Source of the DNA: Armatimonadota bacterium
GTDB taxonomy: Bacteria; Armatimonadota; UBA5829; DTLH01
Direction of reading: 5' to 3'
NCBI GenBank assembly: GCA_039680575.1
Contig: JBDKSP010000061.1
Coordinates: 1 to 29,695 of the forward strand
Length of the DNA stretch: 29,695 nucleotides
The number at the start of each line of letters is the position of its first letter. Position 1 is the first letter of the stretch. This document shows, piece after piece, positions 1-9,853 of this stretch. Both the position numbers and the translations under genes were made by a program. Below the pieces are notes generated by a model, which saw only the letters and a program-made list of their open reading frames with translations, was not told the origin of the DNA and searched no databases.

Positions 1-275
1 AGTTCAAAGCAGAGGTCTACGTGTTGACGAAGGAAGAGGGAGGAAGACATACTCCGTTCTTCAAGGGATACAGGCCGCAGTTCTACTTCAGGACAACTGA
101 CGTAACAGGGTCAGTAGAGATGCCTGAGGGAGTAGAGATGATAATGCCTGGAGACAACGTAACAATTGAGGCAGAACTCATCCAGCCAATAGCGATGGAA
201 GAGGGACTGAGATTCGCAATCCGAGAAGGTGGACACACCGTCGGAGCAGGCGTTGTCAGCCAGGTTATTGAATAG
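1..275 (+). CDS. tuf: Elongation factor Tu, C-terminal part (5' end outside window; frame starts at base 3)
   Basis: [54 protein letters not shown] is EF-Tu domain III. Confidence 0.98.
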   Translation, partial: FKAEVYVLTKEEGGRHTPFFKGYRPQFYFRTTDVTGSVEMPEGVEMIMPGDNVTIEAELIQPIAMEEGLRFAIREGGHTVGAGVVSQVIE

Positions 276-351
276 CAATCAGCATTCAGTTTCCAGCATC
301 AGTGTCAGCCGGTAATATACAGCTGGCCTTGATGCTGATAGCTGATAGCTA
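273..351. repeat. Heptamer-periodic imperfect inverted repeat (CAG-type left arm, CTGATAG right arm)
   Basis: CAG at 280, 287, 294, 300, 306, mirrored by CTG/TTG/CTA at 323, 329, 335, 342, 349. Confidence 0.75.
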
Positions 352-361
352 AGGAGCAAGA

Positions 362-670
362 ATGCGTAAGGATAAGGTTAGAATTCGGCTGAAGGCTTTT
401 GATCATAGAGTCCTGGACCAATCGGCCGAAAGGATCGTAGAGACCGCGCGGCGGACAGGGGCACGGATATCCGGTCCGGTGCTTCTTCCGACAGAGAAGG
501 ATATCTACTGCGTCAATCGCGGCCCGAATATCGACAAAGAGTCGATGGAGCATTTCGAAGTAAGGACGCATAAGCGACTTATCGACATACTCAATCCGGG
601 TCCTAAAACGATAGACGCTTTGATGCGACTTGACCTGCCGAGCGGAGTGGATATCGAGATCAAGCTGTAG
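362..670 (+). CDS. rpsJ: 30S ribosomal protein uS10
   Basis: [50 protein letters not shown]; follows tuf. Confidence 0.98.
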   Translation: MRKDKVRIRLKAFDHRVLDQSAERIVETARRTGARISGPVLLPTEKDIYCVNRGPNIDKESMEHFEVRTHKRLIDILNPGPKTIDALMRLDLPSGVDIEIKL

Positions 671-749
671 GAACAGGGAATTGTGGGTTTGGCTTTCTTC
701 GCATTAGGAAGAATCGGATCCAAAGTTACCCTTTTCCCGGGAGTTTAGA

Positions 750-1382
750 ATGCTAAAGGCAATAATGGGCAAAAAACTGGGGATGACCCAGATTTTTGAT
801 GAAGAAGGGCGGTTGGTGCCGGTAACGGTAATCGATGCAAGCCCAATGACGGTCACACAGATGAAGACCAAGGAAAATGACGGCTATACAGGCGTCCAGG
901 TCGGATATCTTTCCGTCAGAGAGAACAGAGTGACCAAGCCTGTGCTAGGCCATCTGAAAAAAGCCGGCGTCAAGCCGATGAAATACCTTAGGGAACTACC
1001 CATTTACGGAACAGACGATCTCGAAGTAGGTAACGAGATAAAGGCCGAAAATGTGCTTTCTGAGGGAGATACGGTTGCGGTAACGGGCACATCGAAGGGC
1101 AAAGGTTTCGCTGGTGCAGTGAAACGATGGCACTTTCATGGAGGAGATATGACCCACGGGTCAATGATTCACCGAAAGCCGCAGTCCGGTGGCGCAACAG
1201 ACGCCGCCAGAACATTCAAAGGTGTCAAGCGACCAGGTCGAATGGGTGGTGACACCGTAACGGTCCGAAGACTCAAAGTTGTCCGCGTGGATACGGAACG
1301 AAATGTCGTTCTCATCAAGGGCGCGGTACCTGGAGCAAACGGCGGACTCGTTGTGATCAAAAAAATGGAGAAGGGGGAGTAG
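750..1382 (+). CDS. rplC: 50S ribosomal protein uL3
   Basis: GKKLGMTQIF..PVTVI..GTSKGKGFAG..GRMGG..IKGAVPG; synteny. Confidence 0.98.
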   Translation: MLKAIMGKKLGMTQIFDEEGRLVPVTVIDASPMTVTQMKTKENDGYTGVQVGYLSVRENRVTKPVLGHLKKAGVKPMKYLRELPIYGTDDLEVGNEIKAENVLSEGDTVAVTGTSKGKGFAGAVKRWHFHGGDMTHGSMIHRKPQSGGATDAARTFKGVKRPGRMGGDTVTVRRLKVVRVDTERNVVLIKGAVPGANGGLVVIKKMEKGE

Positions 1383-1383
1383 G

Positions 1384-2010
1384 ATGCCTACGGTCACCCT
1401 TAAATCGAAAAACGGCGAAAATGTAGGTGAGATGGAACTCAGCCAGAGAGTATTCGGTGAGGAGCCGAATAAGATTCTTATGCACCAGGCTGTAGTAGAA
1501 GAGCTTGCCAATATGAGGTCCGGTAATTCTGACACGAAGACCCGCGGCGAAGTCAGAGGCGGGGGCAGAAAGCCTTATCGACAGAAAGGCACAGGCCGCG
1601 CAAGACAGGGAAGTATCAGAGCGCCGCATTATCCAGGTGGTGGAGTCGCGTTTGGTCCGCATCCGAGAAGTTATGAGCAGAGTATGCCTCGCAAGATGAG
1701 GAAAGCAGCCTTAAGGTCTGCTTTATCTGCGAAGCTTGCGGATGGTGAGATAGTCGTGATAGACGATCTGACGCTCGATAGTATCAGTACGAAGGCCATG
1801 GCTGAAATCCTTAAAAAGCTAGATGCCTCTGGCAAGATAATGCTGGCACTGTCGGATGTTACAGAAGAAGTGGTTATGTCCGCACGGAACATACCCGGTA
1901 TCATTATTTGTGAGGCTCCGGCTATATCAGTGCTGGAGTTGATCGATAGTGACAGGATCGTTATGACCAAGGCTGCCGCGCAGGTGTTGGAGGAGGTATA
2001 TTCGAAGTGA
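1384..2010 (+). CDS. rplD: 50S ribosomal protein uL4
   Basis: TKTRGEVRGGGRKPYRQKGTGRARQGSIRAP..GGGVAFGPHPR. Confidence 0.98.
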   Translation: MPTVTLKSKNGENVGEMELSQRVFGEEPNKILMHQAVVEELANMRSGNSDTKTRGEVRGGGRKPYRQKGTGRARQGSIRAPHYPGGGVAFGPHPRSYEQSMPRKMRKAALRSALSAKLADGEIVVIDDLTLDSISTKAMAEILKKLDASGKIMLALSDVTEEVVMSARNIPGIIICEAPAISVLELIDSDRIVMTKAAAQVLEEVYSK

Positions 2011-2297
2011 AGGACCCTTACTCAATAGTAAAGCAGCCGCTGGTTACAGAAAAGAGCATGGCCGGTGTAGCGAACAACAAGTACACCTTTGAAGTATCTA
2101 TGGATGCCAATAAGATCGAGATTGAGCAGGCGATAGAGAAGATATTCAAAGTGAAAGTATTGAAAGTTAACACGCTTAAGGTCAAAGGCAAGAAAAAAAG
2201 ACTTGGCCGGCATCCCGAGGGGATGACTGCAGATAAGAAGAAAGCCGTTATAACACTCGTGCCGGGCCAGCGGATAGAGATATTTGAAGGTATGTAG
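2007..2297 (+). CDS. rplW: 50S ribosomal protein uL23 (GTG start)
   Basis: PLVTEKS..NKYTFEV..ANKIEI..VKVLKVNT..KKAVITL; GGAGG SD. Confidence 0.97.
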   Translation: MKDPYSIVKQPLVTEKSMAGVANNKYTFEVSMDANKIEIEQAIEKIFKVKVLKVNTLKVKGKKKRLGRHPEGMTADKKKAVITLVPGQRIEIFEGM

Positions 2298-2392
2298 GTG
2301 AGCATCGGGCGTGAGAAGAGAAACGCGAGTGTAAACAACGCTGAATACTCTTTAATAGCTCATTGCTTTGGATAGGCCAGGAGGAATTTCCA

Positions 2393-3217
2393 GTGGCATT
2401 GAAACAGTTTAAGCCCACTTCACCAGGACGGAGATATTTCACGGTATCGACGTTCGAGGAAGTGACAAAGAAAGAGCCGGAAAAATCACTGACAAAGCCC
2501 ATCAAGCGGACCGGTGGACGGAACGCCCAGGGTAAGTTGACAATGAGGCACGTCGGCGGCGGACATAAGCGGGCTTATAGGATTATCGACTTCAAGCGTG
2601 ACAAGGCTGAAGTCCCGGGCAAGGTAACCGCCATAGAGTACGATCCGAACCGCTCCGCCAGAATAGCTTTAGTTGTATATGCGGATGGTGAGAAGCGCTA
2701 TATACTTGCACCGATCGGTATCAAGGTAGGCGACAGTATAGTAGCTTCGGATGGCGCGGATATCAAACCAGGAAACGCTATGCCGCTTTCAAAGATTCCC
2801 GTCGGAACGATGGTGCATAACATAGAGCTTTCGCCTGGTAAAGGCGGCCAGCTTGCCCGCAGCGCGGGGAGCGGTGCACAGCTTATGGCGAAAGAAGGAA
2901 AATACGCTGCACTCAGACTTCCGTCAGGTGAAATGAGAAACGTCCTTGCTACATGCAAGGCAACAATTGGTCAAGTAGGCAATACCGATCACGAAAATAT
3001 CTCGCTTGGTAAAGCCGGTAGAAGCCGATGGCTTGGAATCAGACCGACTGTCAGAGGTGTAGTTATGAACCCGCGAGACCATCCGCATGGTGGTGGAGAG
3101 GGCAAATCGCCGATCGGTCGTAAGAGTCCGTCGACTCCTTGGGGCAAGCCTGCTCTGGGACACAAGACTCGTAAGAAGAAGATGTCTGACAAGCTTATTA
3201 TAAGAAGACGGAAGTAG
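2393..3217 (+). CDS. rplB: 50S ribosomal protein uL2 (GTG start at 2393, not 2363)
   Basis: [58 protein letters not shown] at 2379-2384. Confidence 0.98.
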   Translation: MALKQFKPTSPGRRYFTVSTFEEVTKKEPEKSLTKPIKRTGGRNAQGKLTMRHVGGGHKRAYRIIDFKRDKAEVPGKVTAIEYDPNRSARIALVVYADGEKRYILAPIGIKVGDSIVASDGADIKPGNAMPLSKIPVGTMVHNIELSPGKGGQLARSAGSGAQLMAKEGKYAALRLPSGEMRNVLATCKATIGQVGNTDHENISLGKAGRSRWLGIRPTVRGVVMNPRDHPHGGGEGKSPIGRKSPSTPWGKPALGHKTRKKKMSDKLIIRRRK

Positions 3218-3229
3218 GAGGGATAACTG

Positions 3230-3514
3230 GTGGCGAGATCGCTTAAAAAGGGACCATATGCCGAGCCAAAGCTCCTGGAGAAGATAGATCAGATGAACGC
3301 CAGGGGAGAGAAGCGGATCATTAAGACATGGTCGAGAAGGTCCACTATATTCCCCTCGATGATTGGTCATACGATTGCCGTACACGATGGCCGAAAACAC
3401 GTTCCTGTGTTTATCACTGAGAACATGGTAGGACATAAACTCGGCGAATTTGCTGTGACGCGGCTTTACAGAGGACACGGCCATCATACTGAACGGTCGA
3501 CCTCCTTGAAGTAA
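3230..3514 (+). CDS. rpsS: 30S ribosomal protein uS19 (GTG start)
   Basis: [37 protein letters not shown]. Confidence 0.98.
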   Translation: MARSLKKGPYAEPKLLEKIDQMNARGEKRIIKTWSRRSTIFPSMIGHTIAVHDGRKHVPVFITENMVGHKLGEFAVTRLYRGHGHHTERSTSLK

Positions 3515-3533
3515 GGCGTTAGGAGATAGAAAC

Positions 3534-4286
3534 ATGGATGCTACAGTCGCGAGAGTTCGCGATTTTGTGAGAAGTCAAGTTGAGGGAGAGCGCATATGGC
3601 GCGTTGGAGTCAAACTGACAAAAGACTCCGGTACAGTAATTCTGTATACTCCTGATAACCCTGAGAGACTTGTCGACGAGCGAAGCAAGGGCAGAGAACC
3701 GATTATCGCCAGAGTTGACCGAGAGATTAAAAAGCAATTCGGTCCGCAGATGTCGGTAAAAGTTGTTCAATCGCCGACAGCTGTTGCGAAGTATATTCGT
3801 ATCTCTCCCAGGAAAGTCAGATTTGTAGTGGACGCTATCCGAGGAAAGCACGTTCAGGATGCGCTGGCGATTTTGCAGTTCGTACCGAATAATGCTGCAA
3901 GGACAGTTTCTAAACTGCTCAAATCCGCTATCGCGAATGCTGAAAACAATCATCGGATGGATTCCGATTCGCTCGAAGTGATTCACGTTCACGTCGACGA
4001 AGGGCCGACTCTGAAAAGAATCAGCCCGAGAGCTATGGGCCGCGCATATCGCATTATGAAGAGGACGAGTCATATTACTGTCGGCCTCGGCGAGAGCAGT
4101 GGTCCGGCAAGGATCGGAAGAAGCGGTAAGAGTGTCGCAAAGACGGTTGCAAAGGCTCCAAGAAAGGCAAAAGCCGAAGGAACCACAAAGGCTAAACGCC
4201 CAGAAACCGCGGCGACCGCCTCCAGGCCGACAGGGGAAAGCAAAGCTAAGGCCCCTCGACGGCAGACCAAAAAAGGAGGAGAGTAA
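3534..4286 (+). CDS. rplV: 50S ribosomal protein uL22 with ~79-aa N-terminal KH-II-like domain and ~63-aa Lys/Ala-rich C-terminal tail
   Basis: Core [61 protein letters not shown] 8 nt before ATG 3534. Confidence 0.93.
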   Translation: MDATVARVRDFVRSQVEGERIWRVGVKLTKDSGTVILYTPDNPERLVDERSKGREPIIARVDREIKKQFGPQMSVKVVQSPTAVAKYIRISPRKVRFVVDAIRGKHVQDALAILQFVPNNAARTVSKLLKSAIANAENNHRMDSDSLEVIHVHVDEGPTLKRISPRAMGRAYRIMKRTSHITVGLGESSGPARIGRSGKSVAKTVAKAPRKAKAEGTTKAKRPETAATASRPTGESKAKAPRRQTKKGGE

Positions 4287-5135
4287 TTGGGTCAGAAGAT
4301 ACACCCGATAGGGTTTAGAGTGGGCGTTATCAGAGACTGGGAGAGTCGATGGTACGCTACAAAGGAAATGGGCGCTCTGATCGCTGAAGATGCCGCAATT
4401 CGCAAGTTCGTCAAAAAGAAACTTGCCCAGGCAGCTGTCTCCAGGATCGAGATAGAGCGGTCACCGAACAGGGTCAAAGCGCTTATCCATACAGCAAAAC
4501 CCGGCCTCATTATTGGACGTGGCGGACGCGGTGTAGATGAGTTAAGAGACCAGATCCAGAAGATCTCCGTAGGCAAACAGGTCCATGTAGCCGTAGAAGA
4601 GATAAGGCAGCCTGAATTGGATGCCCAGCTCGTAGCTGAGTCGATTGCGCTGCAGATCGAGAGAAGAATCTCTCATAAGAGAGCTATGAAGCAGACTATT
4701 ACACGGACTATGCGGATGGGCGCTAAGGGAATCAAGATCAGATGCGCCGGACGATTGGGCGGAGCTGAGATGGCTCGTGTAGAAGTTGACAGATCAGGAA
4801 AGATACCGCTTCAGACTCTGCGCGCGGACATAGATTATGGTTTCGCTGAGGCAAAAACCACCTACGGCCATATCGGCATCAAGGTGTGGATATATAAAGG
4901 CGAAGTTCTTCCCGGTCAGCGGAGAGCTGAACCGACAGAGGAGCAGTTACTTGAAATCCGCCGTAGAGAGATGAGAGAACGCGGCGAAAGAAGACGTGGT
5001 CGTGATGGCGATGGTGCTCAGCGTGGCGAACGTGGTCCTCGTGGAGGCGGTCGTGGCGGCGCAGGCGGCGGACGCGGAGGTTCCCGTGGAGGTGGCGGCC
5101 GCAGTGGCGGCGGACAGAGAGGGGGCAGTCGCTAA
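4287..5135 (+). CDS. rpsC: 30S ribosomal protein uS3 with RGG-rich C-terminal tail (TTG start)
   Basis: [56 protein letters not shown]. Confidence 0.98.
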   Translation: MGQKIHPIGFRVGVIRDWESRWYATKEMGALIAEDAAIRKFVKKKLAQAAVSRIEIERSPNRVKALIHTAKPGLIIGRGGRGVDELRDQIQKISVGKQVHVAVEEIRQPELDAQLVAESIALQIERRISHKRAMKQTITRTMRMGAKGIKIRCAGRLGGAEMARVEVDRSGKIPLQTLRADIDYGFAEAKTTYGHIGIKVWIYKGEVLPGQRRAEPTEEQLLEIRRREMRERGERRRGRDGDGAQRGERGPRGGGRGGAGGGRGGSRGGGGRSGGGQRGGSR

Positions 5136-5602
5136 TGTTAATGCCTAAGAAAGTAAAACATCGTAAGGTACACCGCGGTTCGAGAGCCGGTAAGGCAAAC
5201 TCGGGTAATAAGATAGATTTCGGTGAATTCGGGCTTCAGGCATTAGAGGCCTGCTGGATGACATCGAATCAGATAGAAGCCGCCAGGGTTGCGATGACAA
5301 GACACGTCAAAAGAGGCGGTCAGATATGGATTCGCGTATTTCCGGATAAGCCGGTAACTAAGAAACCGGCTGAAACGAGAATGGGTAGTGGAAAAGGTGC
5401 ACCCGAAGTTTGGGTCGCAGTCGTAAAGCCCGGTCGAATGCTTTTCGAGATGGCCGGAGTAACAGAGGATCTTGCAAAGGAAGCTATGAGGCTCGCAGCC
5501 CACAAGCTGCCGATCAAGACCAAGTTCGTGACCAGGAAAGAGCAGAGTGAGATAAGTGAAGCAGTCGAAATTCAAGCAGCAACTGCAGTCGAGCACGAAT
5601 AG
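5135..5602 (+). CDS. rplP: 50S ribosomal protein uL16
   Basis: [48 protein letters not shown]. Confidence 0.98.
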   Translation: MLMPKKVKHRKVHRGSRAGKANSGNKIDFGEFGLQALEACWMTSNQIEAARVAMTRHVKRGGQIWIRVFPDKPVTKKPAETRMGSGKGAPEVWVAVVKPGRMLFEMAGVTEDLAKEAMRLAAHKLPIKTKFVTRKEQSEISEAVEIQAATAVEHE

Positions 5603-5783
5603 AGAGATGGAGTCCCTGCTTGCTGAGGAGCGCAAGAACCTTTACGGGCTCCGCCAGCAGATAGCGATGAAACAGCTCAACAATCCGCTCGCAATCCGTG
5701 AATCGCGTAAGAAAATAGCGCGTATGCTTACCACTTTGCGGGAACGCGAGTTGAAAGAGGCTGGAGAGCAGGCTAAGGCATGA
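5556..5783 (+). CDS. rpmC: 50S ribosomal protein uL29 (GTG start, overlaps rplP by 47 nt)
   Basis: [31 protein letters not shown]; lies between rplP and rpsQ. Confidence 0.9.
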   Translation: MKQSKFKQQLQSSTNREMESLLAEERKNLYGLRQQIAMKQLNNPLAIRESRKKIARMLTTLRERELKEAGEQAKA

Positions 5784-6037
5784 TCGATAGAGGTTCAAGA
5801 AAAGTCCGGATCGGACACGTAGTTAGCGATAAAATGGACAAGACGGTCATCGTGGCTGTTGAGACTCTGGTGAAACACCCCATATATGGGAAGATCGTTC
5901 GCCGGACGACCAAGTTTAAGGCTCATGATGAAGCCAACAGCGTGGGCGAAGGCGATGTCGTTGAGATCATGGAGACTAGACCTTTGTCTCACGACAAACG
6001 CTGGCGTGTGTCTAGAATCGTAGAAAAGGCTAAGTAG
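5780..6037 (+). CDS. rpsQ: 30S ribosomal protein uS17
   Basis: [43 protein letters not shown]. Confidence 0.98.
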   Translation: MIDRGSRKVRIGHVVSDKMDKTVIVAVETLVKHPIYGKIVRRTTKFKAHDEANSVGEGDVVEIMETRPLSHDKRWRVSRIVEKAK

Positions 6038-6114
6038 TTCAAAGGTGCAGAGGACAGAGTGCGGAGAGGTAAATAGCAGCTCTAGGCTCTGAACTCTGGC
6101 TCTGAACTCTGAAC
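6037..6114. repeat. Heptamer-periodic imperfect inverted repeat (CAGAG-type left arm, CTCTGAA right arm)
   Basis: gttcaaag..cagagga cagagtg.. versus ctctgaa ctctgg ctctgaa ctctgaac. Confidence 0.7.
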
Positions 6115-6125
6115 GAGGTATAGCA

Positions 6126-6494
6126 ATGATACAACCATATACACGGCTTCGGTCCGCTGATAACTCCGGAGCGCGTGAGATTCTGTGTATTCGAGTCATG
6201 AAGGGATCGAACGGGCACTATGCAGGGATCGGCGATATAATCGTCGGTGCCGTTAAGTCCGCGACTCCGGGATCGACGGTGAAAAAGGGTGATGTCGTCC
6301 GATGCGTAGTAGTAAGGACGAAGAACGATGTTCACAGGCGCGATGGCTCGACCTTGAGATTCGATGAGAACGCGGCGGTCGTAGTAAACAATGCGAACGA
6401 GCCGCGCGGCACAAGAATATTCGGTCCGGTTGCAAGAGAACTCCGTGATAAAGGGTTCATGAGGATCGTGTCACTTGCGCCGGAGGTCCTGTAA
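6126..6494 (+). CDS. rplN: 50S ribosomal protein uL14
   Basis: [51 protein letters not shown]. Confidence 0.98.
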   Translation: MIQPYTRLRSADNSGAREILCIRVMKGSNGHYAGIGDIIVGAVKSATPGSTVKKGDVVRCVVVRTKNDVHRRDGSTLRFDENAAVVVNNANEPRGTRIFGPVARELRDKGFMRIVSLAPEVL

Positions 6495-6496
6495 TA

Positions 6497-6862
6497 ATGA
6501 TAAAAAGAAAGAAGATCATATTTGAAGGCCGGCTCCGGTTGAAGAGAGGCGATGAAGTAGTCGTGCTTACCGGTAAGGATAAGGGAAAACGCGGCAAAAT
6601 CATCGAGACGATACCGGAATCCGGCAGGGTGATAGTAGACGGCGTCAATATCGCCACAAGGCACCAGAGGCCTCAGCGTGCGACACGTGCTACTCCAAAG
6701 ACTCAGACCGGTCTGATACATTCACCGGCGGCCTTGAGTTCATCAAAAGTAATGCTTGTTTGTCCCAAATGCAGCAAACCGACAAGAATTGCTGCTGGGA
6801 AGACAAACGATGGTGGAAGAACCAGACGATGCACTAAGTGCCTCGAGCTGATAGATGTATGA
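6497..6862 (+). CDS. rplX: 50S ribosomal protein uL24 (C-terminal CxxC..CxxC)
   Basis: KOW motif [34 protein letters not shown]; exact start uncertain. Confidence 0.96.
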   Translation: MIKRKKIIFEGRLRLKRGDEVVVLTGKDKGKRGKIIETIPESGRVIVDGVNIATRHQRPQRATRATPKTQTGLIHSPAALSSSKVMLVCPKCSKPTRIAAGKTNDGGRTRRCTKCLELIDV

Positions 6863-6875
6863 GGAGACGCTTCCT

Positions 6876-7421
6876 ATGTCAGCACGTATGAAAGATAAAT
6901 ACCAGAAGGAAGTTGTCCCCCAATTGATGAAGACCTTCGGCTATAGCAATATAATGCAGGCGCCGAAGCTGACGAAAGTCGTTCTTAATATGGGGGTAGG
7001 AGCGGCGGTTCAGGATTCCAAACAACTGGATGCAGCCGTCAACGATATGGCGATAATCACAGGCCAGAGGCCGATCGTCACTAGAGCAAAGAAGTCTATC
7101 TCGAACTTCAAAATTCGAGCCGGTATGCGAATCGGCTGCAAGGTCACTCTTCGTGGGGACAGAATGTGGGAGTTCCTGGACAGGCTTTTTAATGTGGTCA
7201 TGCCTCGTATGCGTGACTTTACGGGGATAAATCCCAACGCATTCGACGGTCGTGGTAATTTTGCAATGGGGCTCAGGGAGCAGTTGGTTTTTCCTGAGAT
7301 CGACTATGATAAAGTCGACAGGACCCGGGGGATGGATATTATTATAACTACAACGGCAAAGACTGATGAGGAAGGTAGGAAACTACTGAAATCACTGGGG
7401 ATGCCGTTCAGGGAATCGTAA
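6876..7421 (+). CDS. rplE: 50S ribosomal protein uL5
   Basis: [56 protein letters not shown] favours ATG 6876. Confidence 0.98.
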   Translation: MSARMKDKYQKEVVPQLMKTFGYSNIMQAPKLTKVVLNMGVGAAVQDSKQLDAAVNDMAIITGQRPIVTRAKKSISNFKIRAGMRIGCKVTLRGDRMWEFLDRLFNVVMPRMRDFTGINPNAFDGRGNFAMGLREQLVFPEIDYDKVDRTRGMDIIITTTAKTDEEGRKLLKSLGMPFRES

Positions 7422-7451
7422 TATAATCGAGGCTAGCGAGATAACCGCACG

Positions 7452-9521
7452 ATGAAAAACTACGCAATTGACGCAATACGGAATGTAGCACTGGTAGGGC
7501 ACAGTGGAGCGGGTAAGACTTCGCTCACAGAGGCACTGCTATACACTACGGGCGCGATCGACAGGCTTGGTAAGGTTGACGATGGTACGGCAACCACAGA
7601 CTACGATCCGGATGAGATAAGAAGAAAAATAAGTATCAATACATCCGTCGCTCCTTGCGAGTGGAGTGGGCGTAAGATAAACGTGCTCGATACTCCGGGA
7701 TACCCGGACTTTGTAGGTGACGTGATAGGCGCTGTTCATGTAGTCGAAAGCGCTCTGATCGTAGTCGATGCTGTTGGCGGAGTCGAGGTCGGAACAGAGA
7801 CCGGCTGGGATGCCGCTGTAACTCGCAATATTACCAGATGTATCTTTGTAAACAAGATGGAGAGGGAGAATGCCGATTTCTACCGTGTACTGGAGCAGTT
7901 GCGGACGGTATTCGGGCGGAACGTTGTTCCTGTACAGCTTCCGATAGGATCTCAGGATTCATTCGAGGGAATAGTTGACCTCGTAGAGTTGAAGGCATAC
8001 AAGTGGCAGAGCGGCAAATCGATCTCTGTAGATATTCCTGCTGATATGCAGGCGCAGATCGATCAATATAGAGAAGCTCTGATCGAAGTAGCCGCCGAAT
8101 CGGATGATGAACTCACGATGAGGTATCTGGACGGCGAGCAGCTTTCAGCCGAAGAGATCAAACGCGGTCTGGGGATCGGTATTGTAGAAGGTAAGATTGT
8201 ACCGGTTCTCTGCGGGTCAGGCATGAAGCAGATCGGCCTTACCACACTGCTTGATTTTGTAGCCAATGAGCTTCCTTCTCCTTCTACCTATAGCAAGATA
8301 GAAGGAAAGAGTCCCGCCGGTGCTGAAGAGACGAGAACTCCTGATGGTCCGTTCTCAGCCCTTGTGTTTAAGACTGTTGCGGACCCGTATGTAGGTAAGC
8401 TGACCTACTTCAGAGTCTATTCAGGGACACTCAAGTCTGATTCGACGATTTTCAATGCGTCGAAGAGTCGTGATGAACGCGTTGGCCAGGTGTATTTCGT
8501 AAAAGGTAAGCAGCAAGAAGCTACGGCCGGTGTCGGAGCAGGAGATATAGGCGCGGTCGCCAAGCTTGCTGAGACTGTTACCGGAGATACGCTGTGCGAA
8601 AAGGCGAAGCCGATAATCCTGTCACCGATAGAGTTCCCGGAGCCGGTTTATTCGCTTGCAATCCATGCAAAGACAAAATCTGATGAAGACAAGCTAGGTC
8701 CGGCGCTCGGTAAGCTTGCGGATGAAGATCCAACCTTTAAGACAGCGCGCGATCAGGCAACCGGACAGACTCATATATCAGGATTGGGTGACACCCATCT
8801 TGACATCGTCACAGACCGACTGAAGAGGAAGTTCGGGGTCGAGGTAGAGATCGAAGCTCCGAAGATTGCATATCGAGAAACGATCACAATGACCGCATCC
8901 GCACAGGGCAGGCATAAGAAACAGACCGGTGGACGCGGCCAGTTCGGTGATGCCTGGGTCAAGCTCGAACCGCTTCCGAGAAGTGGTGGTTATGAGTTCG
9001 TCGACCAGATCGTCGGCGGTTCAATTCCGAGACAATGGATACCGTCTGTCGATAAGGGCGTACAGGAAGCAATGTCGAGAGGTATTCTGGCAGGCTTCCA
9101 GGTAGTCGATGTCAAAGCTATCGTTTATGATGGGTCATTCCACAACGTAGACTCGTCGGATATGGCGTTCCAGTTGGCCGGTATCCTGGCATTCCAGAAT
9201 GCGGCAGCGAAGGCCAACCCGGTGATCCTTGAACCGGTTGTAGAAGTCGAGGTAGTCGTACCCGAAGAGTATATGGGTGACGTGATCAGTGACATGAATG
9301 GCAAGCGCGGAAGAATTATGGGGATGGAGCCGATTGGACACGGCAAGCAGAGGATCAAGGCTACAGCTCCTCAGGGTGAGATGCTGAGATACGCAATCGA
9401 CCTTCGATCCATCGCCCGCGGTAGAGGGACTTTCAAAGCAGCGTTTTCGCATTATGAAGAAGTTCCTGCGCATACTGCGCAGCAGATTATTGAGCAAGCT
9501 AAGAAAGCCAGGGAGGAATAA
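7452..9521 (+). CDS. fusA: Elongation factor G paralogue (EF-G2 / EFG II type), 689 aa
   Basis: G1 GHSGAGKTS, switch I RKISI, G3 DTPGY, G4 NKME; domain IV KKQTGGRGQFG and FHNVDSSDMAF; all five EF-G domains present. Confidence 0.93.
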   Translation: MKNYAIDAIRNVALVGHSGAGKTSLTEALLYTTGAIDRLGKVDDGTATTDYDPDEIRRKISINTSVAPCEWSGRKINVLDTPGYPDFVGDVIGAVHVVESALIVVDAVGGVEVGTETGWDAAVTRNITRCIFVNKMERENADFYRVLEQLRTVFGRNVVPVQLPIGSQDSFEGIVDLVELKAYKWQSGKSISVDIPADMQAQIDQYREALIEVAAESDDELTMRYLDGEQLSAEEIKRGLGIGIVEGKIVPVLCGSGMKQIGLTTLLDFVANELPSPSTYSKIEGKSPAGAEETRTPDGPFSALVFKTVADPYVGKLTYFRVYSGTLKSDSTIFNASKSRDERVGQVYFVKGKQQEATAGVGAGDIGAVAKLAETVTGDTLCEKAKPIILSPIEFPEPVYSLAIHAKTKSDEDKLGPALGKLADEDPTFKTARDQATGQTHISGLGDTHLDIVTDRLKRKFGVEVEIEAPKIAYRETITMTASAQGRHKKQTGGRGQFGDAWVKLEPLPRSGGYEFVDQIVGGSIPRQWIPSVDKGVQEAMSRGILAGFQVVDVKAIVYDGSFHNVDSSDMAFQLAGILAFQNAAAKANPVILEPVVEVEVVVPEEYMGDVISDMNGKRGRIMGMEPIGHGKQRIKATAPQGEMLRYAIDLRSIARGRGTFKAAFSHYEEVPAHTAQQIIEQAKKAREE

Positions 9522-9707
9522 TTGGCAAAGCAGGCTTTAATTGAAAAATCGAATCGTAAACCTAAGTTCAAGGTTCGTAAGTATAACAGATGCAGCATTT
9601 GCGGCAGGCCGCGAGGCTATATAAGAAATTTCGGCCTTTGTCGGATCTGCTTTAGAGAGATGTCGCATAAGGGACTCATCCCTGGTGTAACAAAATCCAG
9701 CTGGTAA
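9522..9707 (+). CDS. rpsZ: 30S ribosomal protein uS14, zinc-binding type Z (TTG start)
   Basis: 61 aa; [37 protein letters not shown] inside the end of fusA. Confidence 0.97.
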   Translation: MAKQALIEKSNRKPKFKVRKYNRCSICGRPRGYIRNFGLCRICFREMSHKGLIPGVTKSSW

Positions 9708-9782
9708 AGAGTTATCCGCCGGTACCGGCTTCATATAGGGAGCAGTGCCGGCGTAATTCTGACAGCTTAAAGCGTTCGTAGC

Positions 9783-9812
9783 TTGACGGGACGGTACGCA
9801 AGGTGCTAAAAT
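9783..9812 (+). promoter_or_regulatory. Putative internal sigma70-type promoter upstream of rpsH
   Basis: TTGACG (9783-9788), 18 nt, TAAAAT (9807-9812), with extended -10 TG at 9804-9805. Confidence 0.6.
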
Positions 9813-9853
9813 ACATCTTTGTGACGCCTGTCTCGCGGGAGGAATAGATTAGA

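Noticed and set aside
2363..2392. Longer ORF-track starts for rplB (2363), and likewise rplE (6855), adk (13972), TM1266 (25206) and hydG (25500)
   Set aside because: SD position and family N-termini favour the downstream starts used above.
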